From contig JAKQKX010000073.1 of NCBI GenBank assembly GCA_029560465.1, forward strand, positions 15,411-79,410: a stretch of DNA of 64,000 nucleotides, in the 5' to 3' direction. The translations under genes were made by a program, and so were the position numbers. Positions 1-10,382 of this stretch are shown piece after piece; the first letter of the stretch is position 1, and the number at the start of each line of letters is the position of its first letter. This DNA comes from Candidatus Omnitrophota bacterium. GTDB taxonomy: Bacteria > Omnitrophota > Gorgyraeia > Zapsychrales > JANLHA01. The notes under the pieces were generated by a model. The model did not search any database. It was not told the DNA's origin and was given only the letters and a program-made list of their open reading frames with translations.

Positions 1-351
1 GTCCCCGCCCTGACAGGGCGACCCGGCCTTTCCCTCTTGGGGGATGAAAATTCGCTTTCCCTGCTCATCCCGTGCCCCCCAAACAGGTTATCCTTTAGCA
101 TTTTAATAATAATGTGCCTAACTGCAAATAACTATATAAAAATAAGTTATGATTTATTATAAACTCAATTTTAAATCTATAAATATAATTTAGTTTTTTT
201 TATTTATGCATTAGAATGCCGGGAGGAAAAACGGGGCATCTTCCAACAAACATCAAGCCCCGCTTAACGACAAAGGACTTGTTTCATGGTCGCTTTAGGA
301 GTAGCATAAAAATGGACTCGTCATTTTATAAATCTTAGCGAGGGAAGGCAC

Positions 352-2157
352 ATGGCCCGGCATGCCCACACGAAAAAAAACGACTTAAACGATACGCCTA
401 ATTTTCAAGAAATTATAGATGGCATTGTAGACCCTTTTTATATTATTAATATTCAGGATTACCGGATTGTCGGGGCGAACAAAGCGGCCCGCCAACTGAA
501 GATCAGCCCTGGTTGTCTTTGCTACTCGGCCCTGCATCACTCCGAAGGGCCCTGCCACGAGCAAAATCTGCCCTGCCCCCTTGCAGTCATTAAAGAAACC
601 CTCAAGCCCGCCACCATGGAACACGCCCATTTCGACCCAAAGGGCTCCGCACATTATTTTGAAATCAACGCCTATCCCGTCTTTGACCAAGACGGCCACG
701 TCAAGCAAATTTTAGAGCACGTCATCGACATCACAGACCGCAAACGCCATGAACAAGCTGTCCGGGAATCGGAAAAACGGTACCGGCAACTTTACGAAGC
801 CAGCCGGGATGGATACATTCTGGTCGACATGAACGGCCATATCCGGGAGTTCAATCACACTTTCCAGGAGATGCTGGGCTATAAAGCACCGGAGGTCAAG
901 GCCCTAAACTGCTGGGACATCACTCCGCCGCGCTGGCACGCGGCAGAGAAAAAAATACTGGAAGAACAGGTCCTTTCTCTAGGATATTCCGAGCTTTATG
1001 AAAAAGAATTTATCCGCAAAGACGGCACCCTGATCCCCGTCGAGCTCAGGACCTCCCTTTTGCACGACGACAACGGGAACCCCTCCTCCATATGGTCTTT
1101 TGTAAGAGACATCACCGAGCGCAAGGAAGCGGACGGCAAACGGGAAATTCTTCGCAAGCAAATTGAGACGGAAAAACGCAAGCTGGAACAAGTGCTGAGC
1201 ATCGACCAGACCATGTCGTCCATCAGCAACCTGAACCATCTTGTCGATTTTGTCATTGAAAAAGCCACGGAAATCCTGGAAGTCGAGCGCTGTTCCCTCA
1301 TGCTGCTGGATCATACCAGCAAGGAATTAACGATCCGCGGGGCCAAAGGGGTGGACGCAAATCATATCATGTCCACGCGCATCAAAATGGGGGAGCCGTT
1401 GGCCGGGATTGTCGCGCAAGAAGGCCGGCCGTTATTAGTGAACAACATCGAGGAGGAAAAAATGTTTAGCCGTCCCAACCGGCCGGGGTACAAAAACAAA
1501 TCCTTCATGATCGCCCCCATCACGCTCCAAAACAAACTGGTCGGCGTCGTCAACGTGGCGGATAAAAAATCCCCCGACGGCCCCTCTTTCGCGGAAATTG
1601 ACCTGCGCATCCTCTGCACGATTGTCCGGCAGGCCGCCACATCGATTGAAAACGCCACGAATTACCGCGAGCTGGAATACCTGTCTGTTTCCGACCCCCT
1701 GACCGGCATTTATAATTACCGTTACTTCATCCGCGCCCTGGATACGGAAATCGAGCGGGCCAACCGCTATCACGGAAACCTGTGCCTGTTGATGCTTGAC
1801 ATTGACAACTTTAAATCTTACAACGATGATTTTGGGCACCTGGAAGGAGACATCCTGCTCAAAAGGATCAGTACCGTGTTCAAAAACAATCTCAGGGCCG
1901 TTGACATTGTGTGCCGTTACGCCGGGGATGAATTCGTGGCGGTCCTGCCCCAAACGGATATTGATCAGGCGAGAATCGTGGCCAGCAAGGTGACCGAAAG
2001 CATCAAAAATCTCAAAGGCAAACGCCCGGTGTCCGTCAGCATCGGAGCAGGAGAATATTCAAAGCACAGTGACCGCCGGGACATGATTTTAAAAACGGAC
2101 CAGGCCCTGTATCAGGCCAAAAGAGAGGGAAAAGGCCGGATCTGCTGCTTTAGATAA
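352..2157 (+). CDS. PAS-PAS-GAF-GGDEF diguanylate cyclase (AGDEF variant)
   Basis: Two PAS/PAC repeats ending DITDRK and DITERK, a GAF domain, then DPLTGIYN, DIDNFKSYND, RYAGDEF; RxxD I-site (RAVD); RBS GAGGGAAGG. Confidence 0.92.
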   Translation: MARHAHTKKNDLNDTPNFQEIIDGIVDPFYIINIQDYRIVGANKAARQLKISPGCLCYSALHHSEGPCHEQNLPCPLAVIKETLKPATMEHAHFDPKGSAHYFEINAYPVFDQDGHVKQILEHVIDITDRKRHEQAVRESEKRYRQLYEASRDGYILVDMNGHIREFNHTFQEMLGYKAPEVKALNCWDITPPRWHAAEKKILEEQVLSLGYSELYEKEFIRKDGTLIPVELRTSLLHDDNGNPSSIWSFVRDITERKEADGKREILRKQIETEKRKLEQVLSIDQTMSSISNLNHLVDFVIEKATEILEVERCSLMLLDHTSKELTIRGAKGVDANHIMSTRIKMGEPLAGIVAQEGRPLLVNNIEEEKMFSRPNRPGYKNKSFMIAPITLQNKLVGVVNVADKKSPDGPSFAEIDLRILCTIVRQAATSIENATNYRELEYLSVSDPLTGIYNYRYFIRALDTEIERANRYHGNLCLLMLDIDNFKSYNDDFGHLEGDILLKRISTVFKNNLRAVDIVCRYAGDEFVAVLPQTDIDQARIVASKVTESIKNLKGKRPVSVSIGAGEYSKHSDRRDMILKTDQALYQAKREGKGRICCFR

Positions 2158-2164
2158 ACGGTTA

Positions 2165-2725
2165 TTAAGGATGTTTCTCGGATAAGTACTGCTCAAGATG
2201 CGTCAGGGTGTTGATCCCGATATTCCCATCCGCTTTGATCCCTTCCAGCTTCTGGAAATGCAGGATAGCCTTTTGGGTCTTTTTCCCCATCTTGCCGTCA
2301 ATCGGGCCAGGGTCAAGCCCCGCCTCTTTTAAAGCCGTCTGAATCGCCGCCGCGTTTAATTCGCCGTCCACAAGCAGCCCGAAACGCTCAAAGCGCGTCA
2401 ACGCATCCCATGTCTTAAAATCCACAAACCGAGACGCTTTCAGTCCCTGGTCTTTCTGAAAATCCTCAATGGCCTGCCTTGTATTGCCGCCGAGGACCCC
2501 GTCTACTTTGCCGATGCGGTATCCATACAGCTTTAACAATTTCTGGACTTCCTCAACCCGGGCGTTTGGTTCCAACGGCACGATTTCGCCCAAAATTTCT
2601 TTCTCTTCCGCGCCTTCTTTCTGCAATAAACGGTATACGGCGTCACACCCGGACATCAAAGCCACGCCCAAAAAAAGCAGCAACGCCAAACTCACCTGAT
2701 TGTCACGCAAAAACGATCTTGTCAT
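2165..2725 (-). CDS. Lipoprotein with two peptidoglycan-binding (PG_binding_1-like) domains
   Basis: Lipobox LMSGC; two repeats VQKLL..GY..GKVDGVLG..TRQAI..FQ and IQTAL..AG..PGPIDGKMG..TQKAI..FQ. Confidence 0.85.
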   Translation of the reverse strand: MTRSFLRDNQVSLALLLFLGVALMSGCDAVYRLLQKEGAEEKEILGEIVPLEPNARVEEVQKLLKLYGYRIGKVDGVLGGNTRQAIEDFQKDQGLKASRFVDFKTWDALTRFERFGLLVDGELNAAAIQTALKEAGLDPGPIDGKMGKKTQKAILHFQKLEGIKADGNIGINTLTHLEQYLSEKHP

Positions 2726-2748
2726 GAGCGTCCCTCAATGAAGGGTCC

Positions 2749-3690
2749 TTACTTTCTAAGGAAATCTTTTACTTTCAAATAAAAAGTAAAAGGGGAATAC
2801 AGCCCGATATATTTCGTGTACCCGATGCGGGCGCATTGCGCCAGGACATTATCCGTGTCGGCGACATCAGACGCGATCGCCGTCACTCCGCTGACCGCGT
2901 GATGCACTTTATAAATAATAATATCCGGAATCACCTGCGGATCATGGTGTTCGACATCCCGGCTCTGCAAAGCGGAATGAACGGCGGTCAAAACGCTTTC
3001 CAGGGGGATGGCCGCGTCCGGCTTCACTTCCAGGAAAATGATGTGCGGGTCGATCTTGCCGATCAGAAGCCCCAGCTGATGCACGTCATCCGCGATCGTG
3101 ATCAGGCAGCGCTTCTGTTCCAGCTGCTGGCTCATTTCCCTTAAGACGTTTTTTTCGTACCCATACAGCAAAATCCTTTTCCCTCCGGGAGAGGTCCCGC
3201 CAGACTGCGCCGAAAGGGTGGCCCCGGACGCGCTCTTTTGCTGCAAATCTTCAACCGTTTGAGGCGTGAGGTCCTGCGTGCTGATGTTATCCTTATCTTT
3301 GATAAAAACACTGAGCTCCCGGGCCACTTCCGTGAACAGTTTGTTCGCATCAATGGGCTTCACCAGGAACCCGTCAACGCCAATGGCCCGGAAAGAATCC
3401 TCCATTTTCGCCCTAGCCGTTATGATCAAGACGGGAATCCGCTCGGTAACAGGGTCTTTCCTGAGCTCTTTAAAAAAAAGATACCCGTCCATTTCCGGCA
3501 TCAACACGTCAGCGATGATCAACTGCGGCCTTTCCTCTTTCGCCTTGGCCAGCCCTTCAACCCCGTTGGTCGCCACAATCACCGCATAGCCCTGCCCTTC
3601 GAGCATCGCTTGCATGAGATCAAGGATCTCCCGGGCGTCATCGACCAATAAAATCTTTTGTTTCATAATATGCGCGCTTCCTTTATTCAA
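2749..3690 (-). CDS. Response regulator: N-terminal REC plus degenerate C-terminal REC-like domain
   Basis: ILLVDD...IIADVLMPEMDG...T...KP; the C-terminal half repeats a receiver-like pattern without the acidic pocket. Start may be 3666. Confidence 0.85.
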   Translation of the reverse strand: MNKGSAHIMKQKILLVDDAREILDLMQAMLEGQGYAVIVATNGVEGLAKAKEERPQLIIADVLMPEMDGYLFFKELRKDPVTERIPVLIITARAKMEDSFRAIGVDGFLVKPIDANKLFTEVARELSVFIKDKDNISTQDLTPQTVEDLQQKSASGATLSAQSGGTSPGGKRILLYGYEKNVLREMSQQLEQKRCLITIADDVHQLGLLIGKIDPHIIFLEVKPDAAIPLESVLTAVHSALQSRDVEHHDPQVIPDIIIYKVHHAVSGVTAIASDVADTDNVLAQCARIGYTKYIGLYSPFTFYLKVKDFLRK

Positions 3691-3779
3691 CTGAAACCCT
3701 GCCCATTATACAAACGATCTCCCCAAAGATAAAGAAGAGATACGCTTATTTTGCCGAGGAGGGGCGCTCCACAACAATG

Positions 3780-4406
3780 TCAAAAAACGGGAAGAAAACG
3801 GCCCAACTCCTCCCGCAAAGCCGTTGTCCCAACAACCATTTTCCCGTTCACAAAAAAGGTTGGCGTCGCGGAGACCCCCCGAAACCGCGCTTCCGCGGTA
3901 TCCCTCGCGATAACGGCCTCAACCGTGTCGTCCTTCACGCAGGCATCCAAGCGCTCCAGGTCAACTTTGAGAGAATTGGCATAGGCCTTAAAATATGTTT
4001 CCGCGTCCGCGCCTCCCTGTCCCCATTGAGATTGCCCTGAAAACAAAAGGTCCTGAAAAGCCCAAAACTGCCCCTCGCGCGCCGCGCATTCCGCGTAAAT
4101 AGCGCTGCGGACAGCCTGAGGATGAATTTCCTCGATAGGAAAATACCGGAATTCCAGGAACGTCTTATCCGAAGCCTTGGTTAAAAACTCCTTCAGGATG
4201 CCGTGCCCCTTGGCGCATGCGGAGCACTGGAAATCAGAGTATTCAACAATTTTAACCGGGGCCCCAGGATCGCCGAGAATTTTTTTAACGGCCGGCGGGG
4301 CCTTCAGGGCCGGGACGCGCGTTGTCTTAACCCACCGGACAACGCCGATCACTCCAAAAAGCGCAAGAATAATGAAAACCGTTACAACCTCTTTTTGTCT
4401 TTTCAT
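3780..4406 (-). CDS. DsbA/BdbD-family thioredoxin-fold oxidoreductase, membrane-anchored
   Basis: EYSDFQCSAC (CxxC), GVSATPTFFVNG cis-Pro loop, N-terminal TM; start moved to ATG 4406 behind RBS GAGG. Confidence 0.88.
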   Translation of the reverse strand: MKRQKEVVTVFIILALFGVIGVVRWVKTTRVPALKAPPAVKKILGDPGAPVKIVEYSDFQCSACAKGHGILKEFLTKASDKTFLEFRYFPIEEIHPQAVRSAIYAECAAREGQFWAFQDLLFSGQSQWGQGGADAETYFKAYANSLKVDLERLDACVKDDTVEAVIARDTAEARFRGVSATPTFFVNGKMVVGTTALREELGRFLPVF

Positions 4407-4452
4407 CTCAACCTCGCCATCTAGCCGCCCCCGCGGCATGCCGCGCAAAAGC

Positions 4453-6000
4453 TTATAAATATTTTTTCTCTATTTTATATAAAGCAAAACGGTGGACTTG
4501 TAACGTCATGGGGCCCAAATGCCAATCTTCATAAATATGCTGCCCCACCGGGATAAAACGAAATGCGGCCCCGAGGGCGCCCGAGAAATGCCTTTCTTTA
4601 TCATGGGAATACAAGGCCGGCGCCGTGATATAAACCGGCCGCCCTCCGGAAAGGACTTCCTCAACAATGTCCTGAAACGCCTCTATCTGGGCTTCGGGCA
4701 GGAACTCCAGGCTGCGCGGACGCACCAGGGTCTCGCGGCCCGAGTAAAAAATCATAAACAAGGCCTCATCGCCGGTAATGATCAGCGCCCCGGGTTCGGT
4801 GACGCGACCGACCCAGCGGCAATACTCCGGCAAAGCCGCCGTTGTATGCCGAAACCTTGCTTTAGGAAGCATGTATTGAACCATCAGGGAAAGGATGACG
4901 GCCAAAACAACAAACCCGGCGAACCGGAAGGCCTTCCCCTTGCGGACAAGGGCAGAAAAACAATACCCCAAAGCCAGGCAAAGCGGAGGCAACACCAGGA
5001 CAAAAAACCGCGATGTGGACGTGGTGTTGAGGTTGCCGTAAAAAAGCACAGGAACGGCCACCCACAAAAGGAAGAAAACAGCAACGCGCCACCGCCTCCG
5101 CGCGAGGGCGAGCAGGCCCAAAAAAGACAGCAGCGCGCCCACTTCAGTCATTGATTTTACAAGATAAACCCCGCTTAACAGCAGCTGGGAAGAAGCCACG
5201 CCACGATAATTGTCCGTGAGCCCCGCGGTCCAGAAACGATGAAGCTGGTTCAGGTAAACATCCCGGTTCTCCTGCAAAAGAAACGGAGCGTGGAACGCAA
5301 CGGCCACAGCCAAGCCCGTTCCAGCCCAAAACAAAAGCCGTGGAAAAACAGCGGGCGCCGGACGCTGCTCATCTGGGCGGGAAGTGCCCGGCGGCACCAG
5401 GAATAAAAACAGTAACGCGGCCGACATAAGACAGGCGTCCTGCAGGCGCGTGGCTCCCGCCAACCCCAAAAGCAACGCCGACAAAAAAAGAGACTTTCCC
5501 TGTCGCCCGGCATGGTCCCGGATTAAAAAACACATTCCGGCCATTAAAAAACATAAGCCCGGCGTCTGGCTTTGCCCATGAACCGAAAGCCCCAGGAAGA
5601 TCGGAGACACCGACAACACCAAAGCACTGACAACGCCGGCCAGCGTGTTAAAAAGCGCCCGCCCCAGACAATATGTGAGCATCACCGTGAGCGCGCCGAA
5701 CAACACGCTCATCGCGTTAACGGCCAAGACCGGATCCCCCGCCCCGGCCCTCTCCCCTATCCAAACAAACCCCGCGGCCAGAAGCACCGTGAACGGATAC
5801 CCAAAACCGAACAAAAAATGTAACTGGCGGTCTCTAAGTGTCTCCTGTGCCTGAATAACAAGATTCAACGTGTCAACGTGGTACGGCCCTTTACTGATCA
5901 AACTGGCAAAAAAGATCAGGCTCGACACAAAAAGCGCCAAAGGAAGGATCCATCGATCTGGCGGTTTTAAAAAAATTTTTAACGGACGGATCAATTTCAT
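4453..6000 (-). CDS. GT-C fold (ArnT/PMT_2-like) integral membrane glycosyltransferase
   Basis: About 11-12 hydrophobic segments, early acidic loop (HVD), LG..LFN..AG..SAL pattern, RFF.LVLPPL motif, soluble C-terminal domain. Confidence 0.7.
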   Translation of the reverse strand: MKLIRPLKIFLKPPDRWILPLALFVSSLIFFASLISKGPYHVDTLNLVIQAQETLRDRQLHFLFGFGYPFTVLLAAGFVWIGERAGAGDPVLAVNAMSVLFGALTVMLTYCLGRALFNTLAGVVSALVLSVSPIFLGLSVHGQSQTPGLCFLMAGMCFLIRDHAGRQGKSLFLSALLLGLAGATRLQDACLMSAALLFLFLVPPGTSRPDEQRPAPAVFPRLLFWAGTGLAVAVAFHAPFLLQENRDVYLNQLHRFWTAGLTDNYRGVASSQLLLSGVYLVKSMTEVGALLSFLGLLALARRRWRVAVFFLLWVAVPVLFYGNLNTTSTSRFFVLVLPPLCLALGYCFSALVRKGKAFRFAGFVVLAVILSLMVQYMLPKARFRHTTAALPEYCRWVGRVTEPGALIITGDEALFMIFYSGRETLVRPRSLEFLPEAQIEAFQDIVEEVLSGGRPVYITAPALYSHDKERHFSGALGAAFRFIPVGQHIYEDWHLGPMTLQVHRFALYKIEKKYL

Positions 6001-6024
6001 ACGCTTTGCCGGGGCGAAGGAACA

Positions 6025-6912
6025 CTACAAAGCCGGCTCGACATGGACAGAAACAAAGAGATCTTTACCAAACCGATGCCGGAGCGTTTCTTCCACCGAA
6101 GTTGAAATATTATGCGCTTCCTTGATATTCAGATCTTTGGAAACTTTAATATGAATATCAATGGCAATATTTCTGCCAATTTTCCGTGTCTTAAGATTAT
6201 GGGGGTATTTCACGCCGGGGATATTTCCGATAATCGCCAGGATTTCATCTTCCAATTCATCGTTGAGCGATGCTTCCATCAGTTCATTCAGGCTCTCTTT
6301 TAAAACTGAAAAGGCCGCGTGCATAATCAAAAGGCTCACACCCATGGCGGCCAACGGGTCAAGCACGCGCCAACTCTCCCCCAAAAAAATCGCCCCGGCA
6401 ATCCCTAAAAAAACAGCAACCGAAGAAAGGGCGTCCGAACGGTGATGCCAGGCATTGGCGATAACCGCCGGACTCTTAATGTCTTGCCCCACAGCGACCG
6501 TTTTCTGGAAAAGATATTCCTTCATAACAATGGAAACTCCGGCCGCAAGACACGCGAACCATTTCGGCGGCAGCATGCCCCCCCCCCGCAAGAAGGCCGC
6601 CACATCCCGAAGCCCCTGGACCAAAATTTTTCCCCCCACCAAAAACAGGATGACCCCAATAAATACGGCGACGAGCGTCTCTATTTTCCCGTGGCCGTAA
6701 TCATGGGTTTTATCAATCGGTTTTTCCGCCCCTTTAAACCCGATCAACACGGCGAAATCGGTTGTAAGATCCGACAAAGAATGCATCGCGTCCGCGATAA
6801 TCGCCCCGCTGTGGCCGAACACCCCGGCAAGGAGCTTGATCCCGGCTAAAAAAATATTAATCACGATCCCGATAAAGGTGATGCGGTATGCTTTTTGATT
6901 GGCTTTGTCCAT
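6025..6912 (-). CDS. Cation diffusion facilitator (FieF/MamM-like) metal transporter
   Basis: ADAMHSLSD, HDYGHGKIE, HHRSDALSS and C-terminal VHVEP motifs. Confidence 0.93.
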   Translation of the reverse strand: MDKANQKAYRITFIGIVINIFLAGIKLLAGVFGHSGAIIADAMHSLSDLTTDFAVLIGFKGAEKPIDKTHDYGHGKIETLVAVFIGVILFLVGGKILVQGLRDVAAFLRGGGMLPPKWFACLAAGVSIVMKEYLFQKTVAVGQDIKSPAVIANAWHHRSDALSSVAVFLGIAGAIFLGESWRVLDPLAAMGVSLLIMHAAFSVLKESLNELMEASLNDELEDEILAIIGNIPGVKYPHNLKTRKIGRNIAIDIHIKVSKDLNIKEAHNISTSVEETLRHRFGKDLFVSVHVEPAL

Positions 6913-7002
6913 ATATCCCCAAAGACCATTCCGGGAAAAACATCCTTGACTGCCATATCTTTAAAAAGCCCGGCAGGGCGGGCAGGGCGGGAGAACCGGT
7001 GG

Positions 7003-7365
7003 TTATTTAATCAATTTCCGGATCGCGTCAAACAAAAGAGAAAAATCGGATGTTTTAGCGACATATTCATCCGCACCCGAGGCTCTGGCTTTGGCGGAAT
7101 TAATCGCCCCGATATCTCCCGTCATAACAATAATCGGGGGCGGATTGTCCCCCATCTTTGCTTTAATCGTTTGACAGGCATCAAACCCATTCATGCCGGG
7201 CAAAACCGTATCCATAATAACCAAATCCGGCCGTTCCAAAAGGGCTTTTTCAATTCCTGACTCCGCGTCTTCCGCAGTGATCGGCTGAAACCCGCTGGAT
7301 TCCAGCATGGCCGCCAACGCTTTGCTTATCGTTTTGCTGTCTTCTATTAATAAAATTTTTTTCAT
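7003..7365 (-). CDS. Single-domain response regulator (CheY-like)
   Basis: ILLIEDS, PDLVIMD..LPGMNG, GADEYVAK; start set at MKKILL (7365). Confidence 0.9.
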   Translation of the reverse strand: MKKILLIEDSKTISKALAAMLESSGFQPITAEDAESGIEKALLERPDLVIMDTVLPGMNGFDACQTIKAKMGDNPPPIIVMTGDIGAINSAKARASGADEYVAKTSDFSLLFDAIRKLIK

Positions 7366-7410
7366 GGATCCCCTTTCTCCTCTCACTGCGAAAACCGAAA
7401 TCCTTGGATA

Positions 7411-7977
7411 TTATTTCCCACGCCCAACCTCAAACGCTTTTCCCAGGCATTGCCGGACAGCATAATAGTGCCGGTCCCCAGGAGAAAACATAAAAGGCGC
7501 CACCTTTTCAACATCCGGGAACCCTTCGGGACCCAAACACGAATCCTCTATTTTAACGTCTTTGATCTCCCCGATAAACTGAGTGTGCCCACCGATTTTG
7601 ATTGTCTGAATCACTTGGCACTCTAAAACCACCGGAAACTCTTGAATATACGGGGCGTCCACAACAGTGCTGTTGACAACCGTCAAGGATAAGGCCTCGC
7701 ATTTGTTTTCATCCCGGCCGGAAACCATCCCCATATAATCGGCCTCTTTAAAATACTTCTGCGATGGGATGTTCACCGTAAACGCCTTGCGGGACACTAA
7801 ATTCCCGTAAGAATACGTCGCCTCCCGCAAAGAAACCGCGACGCAGGGCGGAGACGAACAGCAGACGCCTCCCCACGAAACTGTCATCATGTTCGGGGCG
7901 CCCTGTTGATCATACGTCCCAACGACAAAAACAGGTGTCGGATAAACAAGAGTCTTCGGGCCCAGAGATTTTTTCAT
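7411..7977 (-). CDS. Flavin reductase-like FMN-binding protein (flavoredoxin family)
   Basis: YPTPVFVVGT, PNMMTVSWGG, FTVNIP, SGRD..K, LEC, GGHTQFIGEI. Confidence 0.88.
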   Translation of the reverse strand: MKKSLGPKTLVYPTPVFVVGTYDQQGAPNMMTVSWGGVCCSSPPCVAVSLREATYSYGNLVSRKAFTVNIPSQKYFKEADYMGMVSGRDENKCEALSLTVVNSTVVDAPYIQEFPVVLECQVIQTIKIGGHTQFIGEIKDVKIEDSCLGPEGFPDVEKVAPFMFSPGDRHYYAVRQCLGKAFEVGRGK

Positions 7978-8087
7978 TTTTTATCCCTAATTATATCAAA
8001 TCTTTTTCAACATGACATTGTGTTCCTGCATTTTTTCATCAAAGCCTGGAAATCCCTCAAACCCGCAGAAACGCGGCTTTAACAGGG

Positions 8088-9833
8088 CTAACCTTTTTGA
8101 GCCTTTTCAATTTTAGCCCAAACATCCCGAAGCGTGACCGTGCGGTTAAAAACAGGGCACTCCTGCGAAGAATCAACAGGGTCAACACAAAAATATCCCA
8201 GCCGTTCAAACTGATACGGGGCGCCCGCCTTGGCGTGGCGCAAACTCGCTTCCATTTTGCAATTTTGAAGGATTTCCAAAGAATTCGGATTAAGGTTCGA
8301 TTTATAATCCTGCCCTTCTTCCGTTTCAGACGGGTCGGGCTTTGAAAAAAGGTGGTCATAAAGCCGGACCTCGGCATCAAAAGCATGCTCCGCCGAAACC
8401 CAATGTAACGTCGCTTTCACTTTACGGCCATCCGGAGAGTCGCCCCCTTTAGAGGCCGGATCATAGGTGCACCGTAATTCCGTCACCTCGCCCTGCTCGT
8501 TTTTGATCACCTCTTGGCACGTGATAAAATACGCGTACCGCAGGCGAACTTCCTGTCCGGGGGAAAGGCGATAGAATTTCGGCGGAGGGTTTTCCCGGAA
8601 GTCGTCTTTCTCAATATAAAGGACCCGCGAGAATAAAACCCGGCGCGTTCCGGCCTCCGGGTCTTCCGGGTTATTGACCGCCTCCAGCTCTTCGGTTTGC
8701 CCTTCCGGATAATTCGTAATCACGACTTTCAAAGGGCGCAAAACCGCGAACACGCGCAAAGCCTTTTTATTCAAATCTTCCCGAAGGCAATGCTCCAGGA
8801 AGCTGACGTCTACGGTTCCTTCCATTTTCGCCACCCCGATGCGCTCACAAAAAGACCGGATCACCTCCGGAGGATATCCACGGCGGCGCAACCCGGACAA
8901 CGTCGGCATCCGCGGATCGTTCCACCCCTGAACATACCCCCCGGTCACAAGCTCGAGCAGCTTTCGTTTGCTCATAACGGTGTAGGTCAGATTCATCCGG
9001 GCGAACTCAATCTGCTGCGGATGGCAAGGCGTCTTCAGTTCATTTAAAAACCAGTCATACAACGGCCGGTGGTTTTCAAATTCCAGGGTGCAGATCGAAT
9101 GGGTGATCCCCTCGATGGCATCGGAAAGGCTATGCGCGAAATCATACATCGGGTAGACGCACCACCGCGTTCCCGTGCGGTGATGCGAGGCTTTCCGGAT
9201 ACGGAAAATCGTCGGGTCCCGCATGTTGATATTGGAAGACGCCATGTCTATTTTCGCCCGCAACACGTGCTGCCCTTCTTCAAATTCGCCGGCCCTCATT
9301 CTCTGAAACAAATCCAAATTTTCATCAACGGAACGGTTCCGGTACGGGCTCTCCTGTCCGGCCTCCGTCAACGTTCCACGGCGAATTCGGATCTCTTCCG
9401 CGCTCTGACTGTCCACATAAGCCCTGCCGGCTTTAATCAGCTGCACGGCGTATTCGTATAACGGCTCAAAATAATCAGACGCGAAAAAAAGCTTGTCCTT
9501 CCAGTCAAAACCCAGCCAGCGCACGTCGTCCTGGATAGACTGGACGTATTCTTCCTCTTCCTTGCACGGGTTCGTGTCATCGAAGCGCAGGTGACAAACC
9601 CCGGCGTTTTCCTTCGCGATGCCAAAATTCAGGCAAATCGATTTGGCATGCCCGATATGCAGGTACCCGTTGGGTTCCGGAGGGAAACGGGTTACGACTT
9701 TCCCGCCGTGTTTCCCGGAGGCGATATCCTCGGCCACAATGGCCCGGATAAAATCCTGGCAGATTTTTGCTTTGGTTAAATCCGGATGCGACTCTTCTCC
9801 AGATTTTTTCATAAAGTTTCCATCACAAGACAT
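8088..9833 (-). CDS. glnS: Glutamine--tRNA ligase
   Basis: [45 protein letters not shown]; start may be slightly downstream. Confidence 0.97.
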   Translation of the reverse strand: MSCDGNFMKKSGEESHPDLTKAKICQDFIRAIVAEDIASGKHGGKVVTRFPPEPNGYLHIGHAKSICLNFGIAKENAGVCHLRFDDTNPCKEEEEYVQSIQDDVRWLGFDWKDKLFFASDYFEPLYEYAVQLIKAGRAYVDSQSAEEIRIRRGTLTEAGQESPYRNRSVDENLDLFQRMRAGEFEEGQHVLRAKIDMASSNINMRDPTIFRIRKASHHRTGTRWCVYPMYDFAHSLSDAIEGITHSICTLEFENHRPLYDWFLNELKTPCHPQQIEFARMNLTYTVMSKRKLLELVTGGYVQGWNDPRMPTLSGLRRRGYPPEVIRSFCERIGVAKMEGTVDVSFLEHCLREDLNKKALRVFAVLRPLKVVITNYPEGQTEELEAVNNPEDPEAGTRRVLFSRVLYIEKDDFRENPPPKFYRLSPGQEVRLRYAYFITCQEVIKNEQGEVTELRCTYDPASKGGDSPDGRKVKATLHWVSAEHAFDAEVRLYDHLFSKPDPSETEEGQDYKSNLNPNSLEILQNCKMEASLRHAKAGAPYQFERLGYFCVDPVDSSQECPVFNRTVTLRDVWAKIEKAQKG

Positions 9834-9964
9834 TCTTGAATCCCGGGTTTTTATGTTAATTTTTAAACAAACGGATTTTAATTATATCACAGCGCGGACA
9901 CAAAGCATATTTTTCCCTGAACACCCCAAAGGGGGCCTTGCCTTCAGGCGGGGCGGTCAAAGGC

Positions 9965-10363
9965 CTACACGCGGGCCAGAAGTTTCACCGCCAAGAAAGC
10001 GACCGACGCCCCAAAGACCGGCCCCAGAAAAAGGCCCAGGACAAAACCAAACGGCAGCGTCCCGGTTAACGCGGCATTAACCGTGCCGATCATCAATCCG
10101 GCGTAAACCCCATACCTCAAGCCGGCCTCCAGGGACGGGGACTGTTCCAGTTCGCGAAAAAGTTTTTCACCCCAAAACCAGCCGCAGAACCCGCCCCACA
10201 AAACACCCCACTCTCCCCATAAAAACAACGGCAGGGGCAGAACGGGGGAAAACAGTCCGCCCGCGCTGACGCGGACCCCGAGCAAAGTAAACACACCGCT
10301 CACCGCACCCGCGCACAAGGCGCTGACCGTTAAAACAAAATATTTAGTCCGCCCCAGGGTCAT
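9965..10363 (-). CDS. Small glycine-rich multi-pass membrane protein of unknown function
   Basis: About four GxxxG-rich hydrophobic segments; RBS AAAGGAG before ATG 10363; 19 nt downstream of the radical SAM stop. Confidence 0.7.
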   Translation of the reverse strand: MTLGRTKYFVLTVSALCAGAVSGVFTLLGVRVSAGGLFSPVLPLPLFLWGEWGVLWGGFCGWFWGEKLFRELEQSPSLEAGLRYGVYAGLMIGTVNAALTGTLPFGFVLGLFLGPVFGASVAFLAVKLLARV

Positions 10364-10382
10364 GTCCGCTCCTTTTAAAACA

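Noticed and set aside
1-90. GC-rich hairpins (CGCCCTGACAGGGCG; GGGATGA...TCATCCC) and the similar GGCAGGGCG duplication near 6972-6989
   Set aside because: Too short and too few copies to call a REP element or riboswitch; truncated by the window edge
4519-5154. Long antisense ORFs such as 4519-5154, 17869-18513, 37617-38141 and 50310-50864
   Set aside because: Shadows of well-supported genes on the opposite strand, with no motifs
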